DNA of 64,000 bases from Setoptus koraiensis (lineage: Eukaryota > Animalia > Arthropoda), in assembly GCA_048013815.1 (NCBI GenBank), contig CM106586.1:3038001-3102000 (forward strand), read 5' to 3'. Made by a program: the position numbers and the translations under genes. Each line of letters opens with the position of its first letter. The first letter of the stretch is position 1. The notes under the pieces are model-generated. The model did no database searches. It was not told where the DNA came from and was given only the letters and a program-made list of their open reading frames with translations. Below are positions 40,779 through 54,058 of this stretch, piece after piece.

Positions 40779-41021
40779 TGTTGTTGCTCTCGGTCACAAG
40801 GAGTCTTGCGAGGCCCCAAACAAGCATGTCAGACGAGCTTGTCGCTGATTGAACTGCTGCAATTGCCACCCAAATGCGCCCAAATCAGCAACTAAAAAAT
40901 GTAACTAATGGTGCCCGTTCCCCTGATGATTGTCGCCGGCGCTCTGTTGATACACGAGCTCGTAGCTGCCGGCATCGTCGGCCGTGTTCCCATCGCCGGG
41001 GCCCCAACCAACCAGCACCGA

Positions 41022-41043
41022 CAACAACAACAACAACCGAAGC

Positions 41044-41107
<64 letters not shown>

Positions 41108-41153
41108 GAAGCAACAACAGAAGCAACAACCGAAGCAACAACGACAACAACAA
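41022..41153. repeat. Interrupted (CAA)n microsatellite
   Basis: Read directly from the sequence. Confidence 0.95.
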
Positions 41154-44100
41154 TTGAGTCTTGGTCGCGCCCAGGCGACAAAGAACCAAACTCGCCACTC
41201 GCACGAGTTGGCGCCCTAATGGGCGAACACCAGCAACACAGACAAACAAACAGATTAATGGTTTCATCTCAATTTGGCCCCGCCGACAAGTGAGGCCCGC
41301 CAGTGTGTGTTACCTCCCCGGATAATCCCAAAAATTCACTGCGCCGGCTGCCTGTGCCGCTGATTGAGAAGCGACCAGACTGGCAACTGGCGAGTTTCGG
41401 CCAGGACGACCGCTTGCATTTTGATGGATGTACTGCCGGCAAGACGCAAGCCTCTTTACGGGGGCCTCTTGGGCTGGCTAGGCGGGCGCAAATGTAGCGC
41501 GATTCCAGCCGCAAATGCAGCGCGAGTTCCCGCCGAGTTCGGAGCAATTCTCTTCGAATCCGGAGCGAATTCAGACTCTGAATTTCAGAGCGATCTCAGA
41601 GCGGATCGGTAGCGATTCGCAGCGAGTTCAGCGGATTCGCGACCCTTGCCGAGCGCGTCGCTGCTAGCGGCGATCCGGTCCGTCTTGGCGTTCCCAAACA
41701 AAGGCGACGAGGAGATAAAGATCGATTCGGGGTGCAAATCTAGATTGCGTTTGGGGAGATATTTGGGTCGACACGACAAAGCGGGGGCGCAAGACGAAGG
41801 CACAAAGTGGCATTTTAAATCAGCACACTCAACGGGCCGATATTACCATGATATCTCAATTGGCCATTCGATCTCATTTAATATTCGCCGTGGAACACCC
41901 ACGCGCCGCAAGCCACCTCTCGGTGTAGCTCGCAAACACAGGCCAAGTTATGTAACAAGCGCGGGTTACATAACATGCCGGTTACGTAACAAACGCGGGT
42001 TACGTTACAAGCGCCGGTTATGTAACATACACAGGTTATGCGGCATTGGCAAAACATGCCAGCATCCACATCAATTACGGCGATAACACCGCAACAATTC
42101 AACTGTTATAACCGTTATAACTGGCAAACGGGCAGTGTACGAAATTCCGCACACGCTCGCATTTTCGGGGGAGCCGCGCGGGCGAGTCGAGAGTCGCAAG
42201 TTTTATTTGGTGTTCGGAGTTGGCATTTTGGATATTTTCAACTTGAAAATTTCAAGATTTCGCCAAAAGCAGCAGCGTAGAGGTTTGTGTGCGCACTTTT
42301 TGTCGGGCCCACTTGGTGCGCTCGAGTTTAGTTAGTGCCCGAAGATGCGGCCCACTTTTGGTGCGATTTCGTCGAATGGCGTCGAATTTCGACGAAATGA
42401 TTTCGTCGCTACCTGCCATGATCATTTTGCCGTTAGTCTTGTCAAAGTTGGTGCACCCAATTGCTCATTTGAATGGTCGGCGCAGATTTCGCCCGGCAGA
42501 GAAACCGCAAACAGAGCCAACATAAACCATCGATCTACATCTATGCCGTATACTATACGGCGTATAGTGCACGTCCAACTGAATGGCGATAAACGGGCCC
42601 CAAAGAAGGCGCCGAGTAGCCGAATGTAGCCAAAAGTAACCAATGTTGTGCGGTGTAAATCATGGTCGTTGCCGGGGTGTCGGCACCCTGGCAGCGACTT
42701 ATGCAAATGCAGCATGCAATGTTATGTAATGTTTGTGGCGCGCTAGTGGCACAGGCACGGGCGATAATTCTTTCTAAATGGTGCCCTCTAACGTGCGAAT
42801 GAATGAATGAATAAATAAATAAATATCCATTCATTTAGACAGAGGGGCCCCATTCAAAGTGGCAAGGTGAGCGCCAGCACATAGCTGCAGTGACGCATGA
42901 TGCACCACGCGATTGTGAGGCAACACTTTTGACTCAAAAGTTTTGAGTGGCTCAAGTGGCTGTAACTGGTTGTGCGAACATTGCGCGAACATTGCGCGAA
43001 AAGTGTCAAAATGTCAGTTAGTGTGCCCGCTGCTTGCTGGGGCCCCATAAAAGCCGAAAGCAGACCAACACTGAGGCGCGATACGCGAGAGAAGCTGCCC
43101 CGAACAAGCTGACCTAACTGGCCGAACTGGCCGAACAAACAGTGGCCAGCCTGCCAGGTCGCTTGGCCACTCAATGAAGGCGCCAAAAGGGAGGGCGACA
43201 TTTTAAAGCAACATTCCAACAGTGAATGAATGAGTTTGTTAAAATGTCGGACACTGGGCTTCGAACAATGGCAGCTGCCAACAACAAACCAGTTGGTCAA
43301 GTTTTAATTTGATTGGCGTAAGTGCTCGTGTGGGCTTGTCCGTTCCGTTTAGTCGGTCAGTTGGTCAACTGTTCGAACTGGCCTCGTGAGCCGTTGGGGC
43401 CCACTTCGAAATTCGAGCCGTTGGGCCGTTGGCGAGCGGTAAACGGAACGGTTCGCCCGGGGTCGTCGGACACAAAAGGCGCAACAACAATGACAACAGC
43501 GACAGCAGCAACAACAACAACAGCAACAACAGCAACAACAACAACAACAAACACAACTGCACTTGTAGTTAAAAAAGTGCCGGACAACTGCAAACAACTG
43601 GCTGCAACAACCGAAGCGACGACCGAGCCACACAACGAACGGTCGACTTTCATTTGTTTGTTTTAATTCACTTTGTTGCCGTTGTGGGGCCAATTGTGTC
43701 GAGCGAGCCACACGAGCGATTTCATTTGGCGAGCATGTTACATCATTGTTTGGTTTATCCGCACAATGATGTAACATGCTGGTGATTTAATAGCCAACAC
43801 ACACACACACACACACATGAACACACAGGTGATGAGTGCCGGCAGCAATTTGAATTGAGTTTTTAAGCGATTAATGCATCTCATGGGCGCCGCCGAACAG
43901 TGTTTGGCCGCCAGACAATGTCGCAATGTTTTCAAAATTCAACACTCATAATGAGCAGCCTTTTTGTTGTGTTCACCGAGGGGCCCCTTTTTCATAGTCG
44001 ACACAATGTGTGTGTGTGTGTCGACTGTGAAAAAGTGTGTGCTTGCGCAATTCAATTATGGTGGCAACTAAATTATATACACACACACACTCGAAACGCC

Positions 44101-44578
44101 AACGCACAGATAAAATGTAAATGTGCGGCCATATAAACATTCGCCAGGGTGTCCATTATTATTATCTGGGCCCCAAATGGGGACCCGACGGCGCCCACTG
44201 TGCCAAGCCCGTGGCCATCAAGTCGGAGTCTCGCTGCGCCGCCAATAACCGCGGCCTGTCGCAACTTGGCCCCATAAAGCTGGCGGCCAGTTTGTGTTAT
44301 TGCCGGGCTGTTTTGGCGGACAACTGGCAAACATTTGCATTATTTTCTGGCATGATTTCCAGCAAAAAAAAAACAGAATCGCCCAGCTCGACGCTGCTGT
44401 TCGGCAGCCAAACGAAGCCATCGGTTGCTGAGAGAGAGAGCGCCAAGAAAGGGGCCAGTAGCCGCGCGACGAGTCGTCGATGCCATAATCGCCTGCTCGT
44501 TACATCTTGCGACTTGTTATCCGGCTGGGTGAGTCGGCCTTGTTATGTCGGCGTTGCGTTGCGGACTGCGGGTCAGTG

Positions 44579-44656
44579 GGTCGGCCGCACTTGGCGTCGG
44601 TCGGCCGCACTTGGCGTCGGTCGGCCGGACTTGGCGTCGGTCGGTCGGCCGCACTC
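44579..44656. repeat. 20-bp minisatellite (GGTCGGCCGCACTTGGCGTC) x about 3.5
   Basis: Read directly from the sequence. Confidence 0.9.
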
Positions 44657-46985
44657 AGGGTCGGTCGGGCTGTCGGTTCGGGGTCAGTCGGTCGGCCGGA
44701 CTTGGAGCGCACGGGCGCGGATTGGCGGGCGCGGGGCAAAGTGCGAAAATCCGTTGTACATTGTCCGCTGGTCGTTGCGGCCCGTCCGATCCGCTCGAAC
44801 ATGCCCGTCCGGCGTGATGCGGTAATACTAACAGTAATCCGCTTGCACTGTCCATCGGGTCTGTGCGCGTATTTGGCCCGCCAAACAGGGATTTGGCAGC
44901 TGCGGGCCGGTCGCAATCCGCGATCGGTCAGAGATTATTCAGATTATGCGCCGGTCAGATGGTAGATATTAGATAGTGGCGCAACAACACAACATGCTAA
45001 TAGTCAAATGGCTGCCATATGCAAATGAATATATCTATGTATGAATATGTGGCCTCAGTGGGGCCAGCACACAGCGCGCAGGCCCCAGCGAGGATAAACC
45101 GCATGATATGCGGTTGATGGCGAGTCTTTTGTTGCGTAACATGTAATAAAATAGCATAAAATCATCACGTGATCCAGTGGGCGCTGCTGACCGCTGGCGC
45201 CCATCGAGTGCAACGTTCAGTTGCGCTTTAATGTGCGCCAAATTGGATAATAAAAGTTAATTATGACACAACATTACGTGATAATGATTCGCCCACTTTT
45301 TTGCCCGCCACTTGCCTGTTGTGCAGCTCGCGCGTGGGTCGCTCTGGGGCCCCACGATAATGCACAGTAATAAGTTGGCTTGGCCAAATCAGACGGCCTG
45401 AACACACATGGTTGATTGTCACCATTTCATCAAAGAATTACGCTCTCGTTTGGCCGGTTCGCGCCGGTCTAGCCCGTTCGCATAACGGACGCCAACGAGC
45501 ATGATGGCGCCTCAATACAACGAACAAGATTTGAATTTTAATCTTTGTGTGTTTATTTTTATCTAGTCACTCAAATTGCACACTGAGTACATATAAAAGT
45601 GAGTATACAAGTGTTGCGCCAGGGCCCACTTCATGGGGGCACGTACCGAGGGCAGTGGGGCCAGCGGGGCTCAAGTGAGCCATTTGCGGGCCAATCGCTG
45701 GCGATTTATTTATTTAAATTTGCCTAAAGAATAAATTTTTCACTTTCTGCACACATGCTCGTAATGTAGTTATGAGTGGCCTATTAGTGGCACTTGTCGT
45801 TCGCTCGTCCGATTACGTGGATATTCAATTCGCAACAACAGGATCATATCACATTGTGTCAGTCAGCCAGTCGGGGGCCCCTCGTTTCGAATCATGTCGC
45901 CAGCGAGGGACGCGAACCAACCAACAAACAACCAGCCAACAAACTAACAAACAACAAACTAACTAACAAACACACTGGCTCGCTTGTTTGGCTATTTATT
46001 GCGTCACATGGCAAGAAGAGTAATTACCCGTCGTGAATTGGAGCAATTATATTGTTTACCACTCAACTGGCGGCCACTCCACTCAAACAGACTGAGTCTG
46101 ACTGTTAAAACTGCAGCTTATACCGGCGTCAGCCGTTCGTTAGTCATAAGCAGCTATTGCGCAACAACAATGCCGATGATGACGATTCTCTCTAATATTG
46201 TTGTTACATAATATTATATAACAATGTACAATGCAAGTAAGCGAGTGAGAGAGAGAGAGAGAGCGATCAAACGAATGGGAGCGCGCGCGAGATTTGTTCA
46301 GGCGGAAGATAATTTGAATAGAAAGTAAAAAGTAAATTCAACTCTTGCTCGCTCCACCAAGCGCCCCGCTGGCCCCACTGCCAATATCCAGCGCTAATAT
46401 CCAGCCCGCTGATATCTGTGCCAACACGCCTGGCGTGTTTGCACGAATATATTGCTCGATATCGCAATAGTCAAACATTTTGTCAGACGAGCGCTTATTG
46501 TGTCAAACGAATAACACTAACTGTTGTTGCACAAAAGTCTTATCTGGCTAGTTTGTCATCACTGGCGCCACCGCTGTCTCAATTGCTGCGCGATCACCTG
46601 GAAACTGAGGCTTTTTTCACAGGCCACCGCCAGCAATTGGGCCCCCCATAGGAGCCTCAAACAATGAATAATGACACAACTAATCTAGCCAGTGCCGTGA
46701 TTAGTTCCAAGTTGGAGGGGCCCAATTAGGCAGTCGAGTTTTGCGTTTATCGCTAATTATTGCCAACATCAACAAATTACGTGATGACTGTGAGTGGCGC
46801 GAAACGGCTTGCAAAATCAGCCTGCCAGTTGTAGTTGGCTGACTGACTAGTCGGCCGATGAGCATCGAATGGGGCCAAATCAATCAGCGATTGATGTGCG
46901 CAGTATGAGACAGTTCTTTATTACAGTATCAGACAACTATTAATGGAATAATAATTAATTATTAATGGATTAGTGGATAACTCAC

Positions 46986-47094
46986 CCAAATAAAGCAACA
47001 GCAACGCCATCAGCATATCTCTGTTTGATCGTGTGCTTTTCCATCTGGCAGGCGCCCCAATCGCCGAAGAAACGCTCACGTGACCACTGGCCAT
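46986..47094 (-). CDS. Candidate first (signal-peptide) coding exon of the Beat-like gene
   Basis: MASGHVSVSSAIGAPARWKSTRSNRDMLMALLLLYL-G ends at a consensus GTGAGT donor (phase 1). It joins in frame to AG|GC at 34160, giving MLMALLLLYLGALWHWLSEA. Inference only. Confidence 0.35.
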
Positions 47095-48155
47095 TCCGTG
47101 GCTTGATGCGGCCCCCAAAAAATCGCTCTCGCCTTGAGCTGCTGTGTGGTGCGGTAGTTTGGTGGTGCGTTGCGTTGATTTGTTGCGCGCGTCAATTGTG
47201 TCCCTCAACTAGACTTGCTGGCCTGACATTGTCCGAGCGTTCATAAGAATTGTTTGGTGCCACTTATTTATTTCGAAGCGGGGCTTATTTGCATGATGAT
47301 TTGGTGCCGTTGTTGTTATTGTTATTGCACTGTTGCGATTTTGCGCCACTTGGACTTGCGTCGACGACGGGCCCGTTCGCTGGGCGCTCTAATTATCAAC
47401 TATTTATGATTACCGGTGTAGCCAAATCGGTGACAGTGACAGCAATGGGGCGCAATTTGTTGAGCGCATTGATTTCTGGCCTCTGGCCTGTTGTTGTGGC
47501 GAGTGCGCGCGACGACAATTACAAATTGCGCTCATTAGCAACGTCAGCAATGTGTCACACGATGACGCAACGATGCTGTCTTTGTGGCTGCAATCACTGG
47601 CCTTTCGGTGGTCGGGCTGTCGGGCTTTCGATCGCCGGGCTTCCGATTGTCGGGCTTTCAATTGTCGGGCTGTCGGGGCGATTAGCACACCGTCGAGACG
47701 CGCAACTAGCGAGTGTGTCGATATAAGCAGCTCGAGCACGCAATTGGCGAGCCAGACACAAACAGATTAATGTTGGGCCATTGTCGCGGGGCACTTTGTA
47801 CCAATGTTGGCCGCACACACGCACACGCACGCACAGCGTGCATGCGCAAGCAACTTTTTGGGTCCCCAAAAATCGGAGACGAGTCGTCGGAAATTGCGCG
47901 ACGCAGCCTCAGTGCTGGCGAGCTGGCGGGCGTTTAGAAAGGGCCCGCTCGCGCTCCAGTGAGCGGCAGTGGCTCGGCGATTTGTTGCAGCGCGCTGCGA
48001 TGCCCGCGATTTGTTGGGGCGCGCCGGACGCCAGAGCCGATACCGAAAAGTTTAGCTGATTGGGCCGTTTTTTAATTATGACGCGCACGCCGGAGAGTTT
48101 TACATTACATTTTATTTACAGTGTTGTTGTGCCTATGATCTCGGCTGCGCAGAGG

Positions 48156-51100
48156 CTAGCGGCACTGGAATCGCATCACAAACAGCAGCACATAGTATGT
48201 GACAAATCGGGACCCGACGAACATGGCGACCAGAATCACCAACCAGGGCACCAGATCGGAGTCGCGCTGGTCGCGCTCCACCAGATACAGCGACCTGTAG
48301 GTGTCGCAGCTGCCCAGCTGGTCCCTGTTTGGCACGAACATGTTGTTGGCGCCCGATAGGAGCTGCACGATCACGTTGAACAGGCGCCCGTCCGCCGACA
48401 TTGCGGAGCCCGACGCCAGTGCGGAGTCCGACGCCAGTGCGGAGTCCGACGCCAGTGCGGAGTGCGGCGGTGTGTCGTCGAGTGAGCGCAACGAGTGATT
48501 AGTGGTGAGGTCTATGAGCCCGTTGGCCAGGTTCTCCAGCTGCACGGGCACCGCATCTTCGGTGGGACGGGCCGGGTATCCGGTCACTTGGTTTGGGTCG
48601 CAGGGGCACAGGCCAAAGCCGTAGCGCAATATAAATAGACTGTCGAAGCCGTAGCGCAAAAAGAAGCCGTATGACAGGTATTGTAGGAATGGGTACATGT
48701 CGGCGACGCGCACCGCAATGCCCGACAGGAGCGCTTGTGGCGCCACCATAACGCACGATGCAAACACCGAGTTCTCGACGGAATCTAGCAGAAAGGCGCT
48801 CACTATTTGCGACTGTGACTTGCACATCAGACACACCATTATACAAGTGAAGGTGTAGGCAAAAAAGCGCCAATGCAAATAGGAATCGGGCTGCTGGCAC
48901 AGCGGATACATGATGGTCATGGTGACAATGGGGCCCAGCATGTCGGTGGGCAGCTCGGCCAGCGTGTTGCTGGTGACGAAGCTAGCGAGCGAGTACCAGC
49001 CATTTTTGCGTTCGCGCAAAAACATTTTCATTTGTAGCGGAAAAACGAGGCCCGTCAAAGCGGAAGTGACCATCATGATGCACAGCACCGAATGAAAGAA
49101 GAAGGTGTGCGTGGAGCGCGTTTGGGTGAGATGCTGCACGGTCTCGTTGGCTATCCGCTGCAAGCTGTTGCGCAACAGCTGGCCCACGTCGTCCACCTCG
49201 GTGTAGTATGAGGGGCACAAGTGCGCGTCCTTATTCAGGGCCCCAGCGTATATTTGCACTATGCCGGCCGCCACCATCACGAAGCCCACAACTCGCACCA
49301 GCATCAAAAACAAATTTCGTCTGGTCAGTATCCACGTGCGCTCAATGAGCGTCATGGTGTGGCGCCAATAGTGACTCTTGAGCATGGCGCCCCTGCGCAA
49401 TCGGCGATCCACCTTCACCTTGCCATAATTGAGGGCCATTGTTTGGTCGCTGGCCGAAGAGAAATATGTCATTGAGGTGACCGCTGACACGTAATCGGGC
49501 TGCTGCTGCTGCTGCTGTTGCTGTTGTTGTAGTTGAGCTTGAGGTTCCAAATTGTGCTCGTACCGCCAAGCGGCAAATCGGGGCGACACCGATAGGGGCG
49601 ACGGGCGCGCCGGACGCAAACTGCGCGGCGTGCCGCCCGCCAACGAGCCGCTCTCGTCGCCATAGTACGCCGGTTGCTCCATTGTTTGCTGGGTGTGATA
49701 ATCGGCCAGATCCTTTATGACCTCTTGGCCGTACTCGCCCGACGCCACTTCGATGGCAACGACGGCCGGATTTTCATTTAGTGCGCGCCGCGCTGACGCG
49801 CCCAACCGACGCGCCCTCTTCAGCAGGTCGCACTGATCCACCATGACCGACATCAAACTAGACGGGGGACCCTCGAAAATGGTCCGGCCGCCCTGCGCCA
49901 TCACATATATCCTGTGAAACAAATTCAATAGTTCACGCTGGGGCTGATGAATGGTCACTATCATGGCCATGGGCCTGTCCAGTTCGTTGTCGCTGTGCTC
50001 AACGAGACTCTTCAGCGCACTTATGATCTTCCAGCAGGTGCTTGCATCCAAACCGGAAGTGGGCTCGTCCAATATCATGACATCCGGGTTTGATAATAGT
50101 TCGCGCGCTATGGATAGGCGGCGCGCCTCGCCTCCTGACAGCTTGCTGATGCGCGTCTCGAAACATTTGCCTATTTGCAGCAACCGCGTCACCTGTCGTT
50201 ATGATGTGATGATGATGTCGACGAGAAGATTATTACAGGTCAGTCAGTATAAGTCAGTAGAGGATAATAATCAGTAGCTAGCCACTTGCTTGTGGCCGAT
50301 TTACTCAACCGGAAGTGGCGCACAGGCCAACAGTGTGGGCGGCCACTTCCAGACGAGGTTGCGATTGCTTACCCTGGCCACGTTTTTGTCGTGGTCGAAA
50401 CCGGGGTGCGGATTTTTGATTTTGGACGCGAAATACAGGTCCTCTTTCACGGTCAGCTGCTGGGGCAGAATGTCCTCTTGGGGTATTGTGCAGACGGCGA
50501 AATTTTTGTTCGAGCCGCCGATCACGGATACCCGGCCGGTGCCCTCCAGGGTATTGTGTCCGGTGAAACAGTTGAGCAGAGTTGTCTTGCCGACGCCTGC
50601 TCGGGTTCCGCGCCAAGTGTGTGCGCCATTTTGCGACAATATTTTGGCAGCGGGAAGTTTGCCGTTAGTCAAGTTGTCTTTGTGTTTGCAGTTGAGATTG
50701 TGTTTGTAGTTGAGATTGTATTTGTGGTCGTCACTACTATGTAGTGGCAACTGTCAACTGGAAACTTACCGCTCGGTCCGAGAATGGCGGTCAGCTGACC
50801 GGAATAGAGTGTACCGCTGAGATTGGACAAAATCTGTCTGGTGCCATCGTCGGCCACCAGTTCATTGGATCCGGTGTTCTCGTAGCGATCGGTGGCGCCC
50901 CTGCCGCCCAATAAATCCTGAATGAAGTTACCCTTGGCCTTTGTTCGCAGGTCTATGTTGCGCCATCTCAGCTCGAAATGTTTCGATGAGTTGTCTAGCG
51001 CGGACGCGGACCGGATGCCCGACAGTGACGATTTGCTGACCGTGGACACACCGTCAAACAGGGACTTGTTAGTGCGGGCGCCCGGCACGGGAGTGGCCGG

Positions 51101-51334
51101 ACTTGAGGCGCGCCGAGCTTGTCTGAGGCTGGCCGGCGTTGCATTTGCGCTTTGGTGGTCACTTTGTTGTTGTTTGTCGGATAATCGGATATTATCCGCG
51201 CTGTTGGCTTGGTTTGTGGTGCCCACAATTTGACACAATTCTTCGGAATATTGATCTGGTGGCTTGAGAGTGTGGTCGCTGGTCGCTTCGTTGAGCTCGC
51301 CTTGCAGACTCTTGAACGACAGCAGCTGAGCCAT
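48156..51334 (-). CDS. ABCG (white-family) half-transporter, 3 coding exons, about 941 aa
   Basis: Exons 51334-50770, 50596-50373 and 50192-48156. Walker A GPSG|VGKT is split by intron 1. Signature LSGGE, Walker B VMILDEPTSGLD and H-loop TIHQP are followed by a multi-pass TMD (FLRERKNGWY). Domain order is NBD-TMD. Confidence 0.95.
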
Positions 51335-51348
51335 AATGATTGCACTAT

Positions 51349-53324
51349 CTAGGTGTATTTGTGACTTGACTAAGAGCGATCTTGTCGCCTATTGATTCAT
51401 TCTGTTGTATTCAATCAAGGGCAACGAGTTTATGATTAGTTGCCGGCGTTAGTTTTTTGGCTCTTTCAGCGCCTTATTGTCAAACGGCTCACTCAAATAC
51501 AAAATGTGAAAAAAACAATTACAATGGCTAATACCAATTACAACTTGTTGTGACGAAATGTGAGCAAATGACGCACGCCAAATGAACTAAATCCTGTCCA
51601 TCCGGCTTCGTCCGGGTTAATTGATGCCGCTTGCTGTTTGTTAATTGACACGGGTAAACACACTAACAATTATCTTTAGTTATTAGTGATGGGGTTTTCT
51701 CACTATGAGTGTCTGTTGACTTTATCTCGTCACTTAAATCGCAGCGAGTGACTAGTCGCAGTTCATTGGTGAGCCGGCCGGCAAACGTGCCCGCTGAATG
51801 AATGATCAAAATTGAATGATCTATCTATTTTCAAGTTCAACGAAAAAATATGGGCTCGAGCTACACGATTGATAAGGCAAAACGAAGCAAAGTTGCTGCG
51901 ATCAAACTAGCTGATACTTGTTCTACTGCCTGAGCTCTGCAAACTGTCTTTTGGCCTGTTATAGTGTTCATTTAGATCCCATTAGACAGATCGATGTGTC
52001 GATATATGCGCTGCTTGCTTGGTTGGCATTCATCAACAAATCACTGTGTGGCATCATATCTCATATCTTCTTCACCTGTCAGCTCTTTTCGGTTTTTTGT
52101 GTTGTTGCTAGTATTAGTTGTTTCAATCATTAGCGTTATGCAAATGTGTATCGCTTCTCTTGGCTGGCTTGTGTAACGTCCGGCAATCATCTATAATTGT
52201 TTTCGTTGCTTGTTACAACATGTTGTGCTCGATAAGTACAAGTAAGAGTGTACATCGTGGGCTTCCAACAACAACAACAATCATACTTTACTTTGTGCCG
52301 ACTGGATTTGCGAATCGAGTCGGTTGTTGTTGCTGTTGTTGCTGCTGCTGCTGTTGTATACAGGTATAGGTGTGTGAGAGTGAACTCTTCTGCCGGCGAC
52401 AAGGCAGTTCATGTATGATTTTATCAACTGGTGGTGATTAATATGCGCTCGGGATGCAAACAACCATAATCTAGCGCCGACTGGCTTGACACACTGGCGT
52501 CGTTGTTGTCGTTGGTTCAGGAAATAGTGGCTACGACAAGTTTGGCGATGATGAAAATATGTTGCTGCCGGCGCTCTTGTAAGCCCCGACAGGTTAATAA
52601 TTACGTAATTAATCTCGATGAGCATGCAACAATTATTTCCTCTCGTTGCTGCCGCTGCCGCTGCCACCAATAGTGATAATTGTGAATTAGATTTTGCTCA
52701 ATATCAAGTTTTAATTGGCAAGAAGCAAAGCATGAGAGAATATTATTATTACACACTAGTTGATTGAACTTTGTTGTTGTTGTTGCTGCTGTTGTTGTTA
52801 TTGCTGCTGCTGTTGTTGCTGCTGCTGCCTCTGCGGTGGTTGCTGCCACCGAGCCACCACTGCAACAACCAGATCTAATCTAGCTAATGGCGTTCGCGCT
52901 AATAACTTTCTATCTCCTCGGCATCATCTGATCGCGGTGCTTAATCATCGATTTTCGTTTTTGTCGTCGTCAGCTCGCGCTCACGGGGATTTTCCTGTGG
53001 GTCGAAATAGAAGCCCGTATCACAAGCCCGCCCGAACTCATCCTATACCTTCCAGCATTCCGGCAACACATTAAACCCTCTCTCTCTCTCTCTATCGCTC
53101 TGTCTCACTCTCTCGCTTGCGTGCCCGAATGTGCGATTTTCGAGTCGGAAGCTCGAAACTCCTCCAGCACTTGATCAAATCAACAAGCAGCCACGAAGAA
53201 TGTTACAATCCAGTTTTATACAATGCACAATTGCGACAATCCAGGTAGACAAGTTGATTTTAATTTTATACTCTTGCCAGCAGAGAGTCTAGGCAACTTT
53301 TATTGCTCGCTGTTCGCTACTTAC
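51349..53324 (-). other. Possible 5'-leader intron of the ABCG gene
   Basis: Acceptor CCTAG lies 14 nt upstream of the ATG, and a consensus donor G|GTAAGT sits at 53324 (minus). The sequence between is microsatellite-rich and noncoding. The pairing is inferred. Confidence 0.3.
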
Positions 53325-54058
53325 CAAAATACTCTCGTTCGCTCTTCGTTTTTACGCCAAGACTCACTTATCACCACTACCACACAACTACTATGTTGTC
53401 GTTAGACTCATCCTCGTTCAAGCTGACTAAATATAAGCAGCAACAACACAACAGCGGGTTGCAATTAAATTCAAAGTCACACAACTCAGATGAAATAGGT
53501 AGATATGGGTGAAAATGAACACGTTAGCACAAACGGTGGCCAACAAATTTTCTTGTCTTGTTTTTATGAGTGCTCTTTTATATGTCGGTTCTGCCGGAGA
53601 TAAACGACCATAGACTAGATAGAAAGCAACTAAACAACTCTTACACAAGATGCCAAGAAACGTTAATAATTTTTTCTATCCAAACATACACACAAAATCG
53701 ATAGCCGTAATGACAATTTATTACAACTACTTTTAGTTTTTATTCACTCTTGCTTGAAACAACAAATGAGCGGGACAAAATCGTTAAAAGATTATGGAAA
53801 GAGATTATGAAGGATTGATTGACTCAACCGAAAACCCTTTAAAGGTAGTTAAGCTAAGTAGAGACAGTTGTGGCAAACTTGAAATGTTAATTCCTGTTCT
53901 TTAATATAGTACACACACAGAGCATTTGCATAGGTAGAAACTGCAACGCCGTCGCTTCTACCTTGCCAGAATAGTATTAGATAGCAAAAATACCTCGGGT
54001 AGACATCCAAAAGTAGACATCCAACTCACTCATTGTTGATTAACCACACACATTATCA

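Noticed and set aside
41560-41585. AATTCAGACT, resembling the RNase P RNA 3' conserved region
   Set aside because: No matching 5' CR-I motif upstream; explained by a local palindrome.
34400-46900. Long overlapping Arg/Ala/Gly-rich ORFs (e.g. 37080-37691, 44121-44825)
   Set aside because: GC-rich noncoding and minisatellite DNA lacking stop codons, with no recognisable motifs or consistent splice structure.
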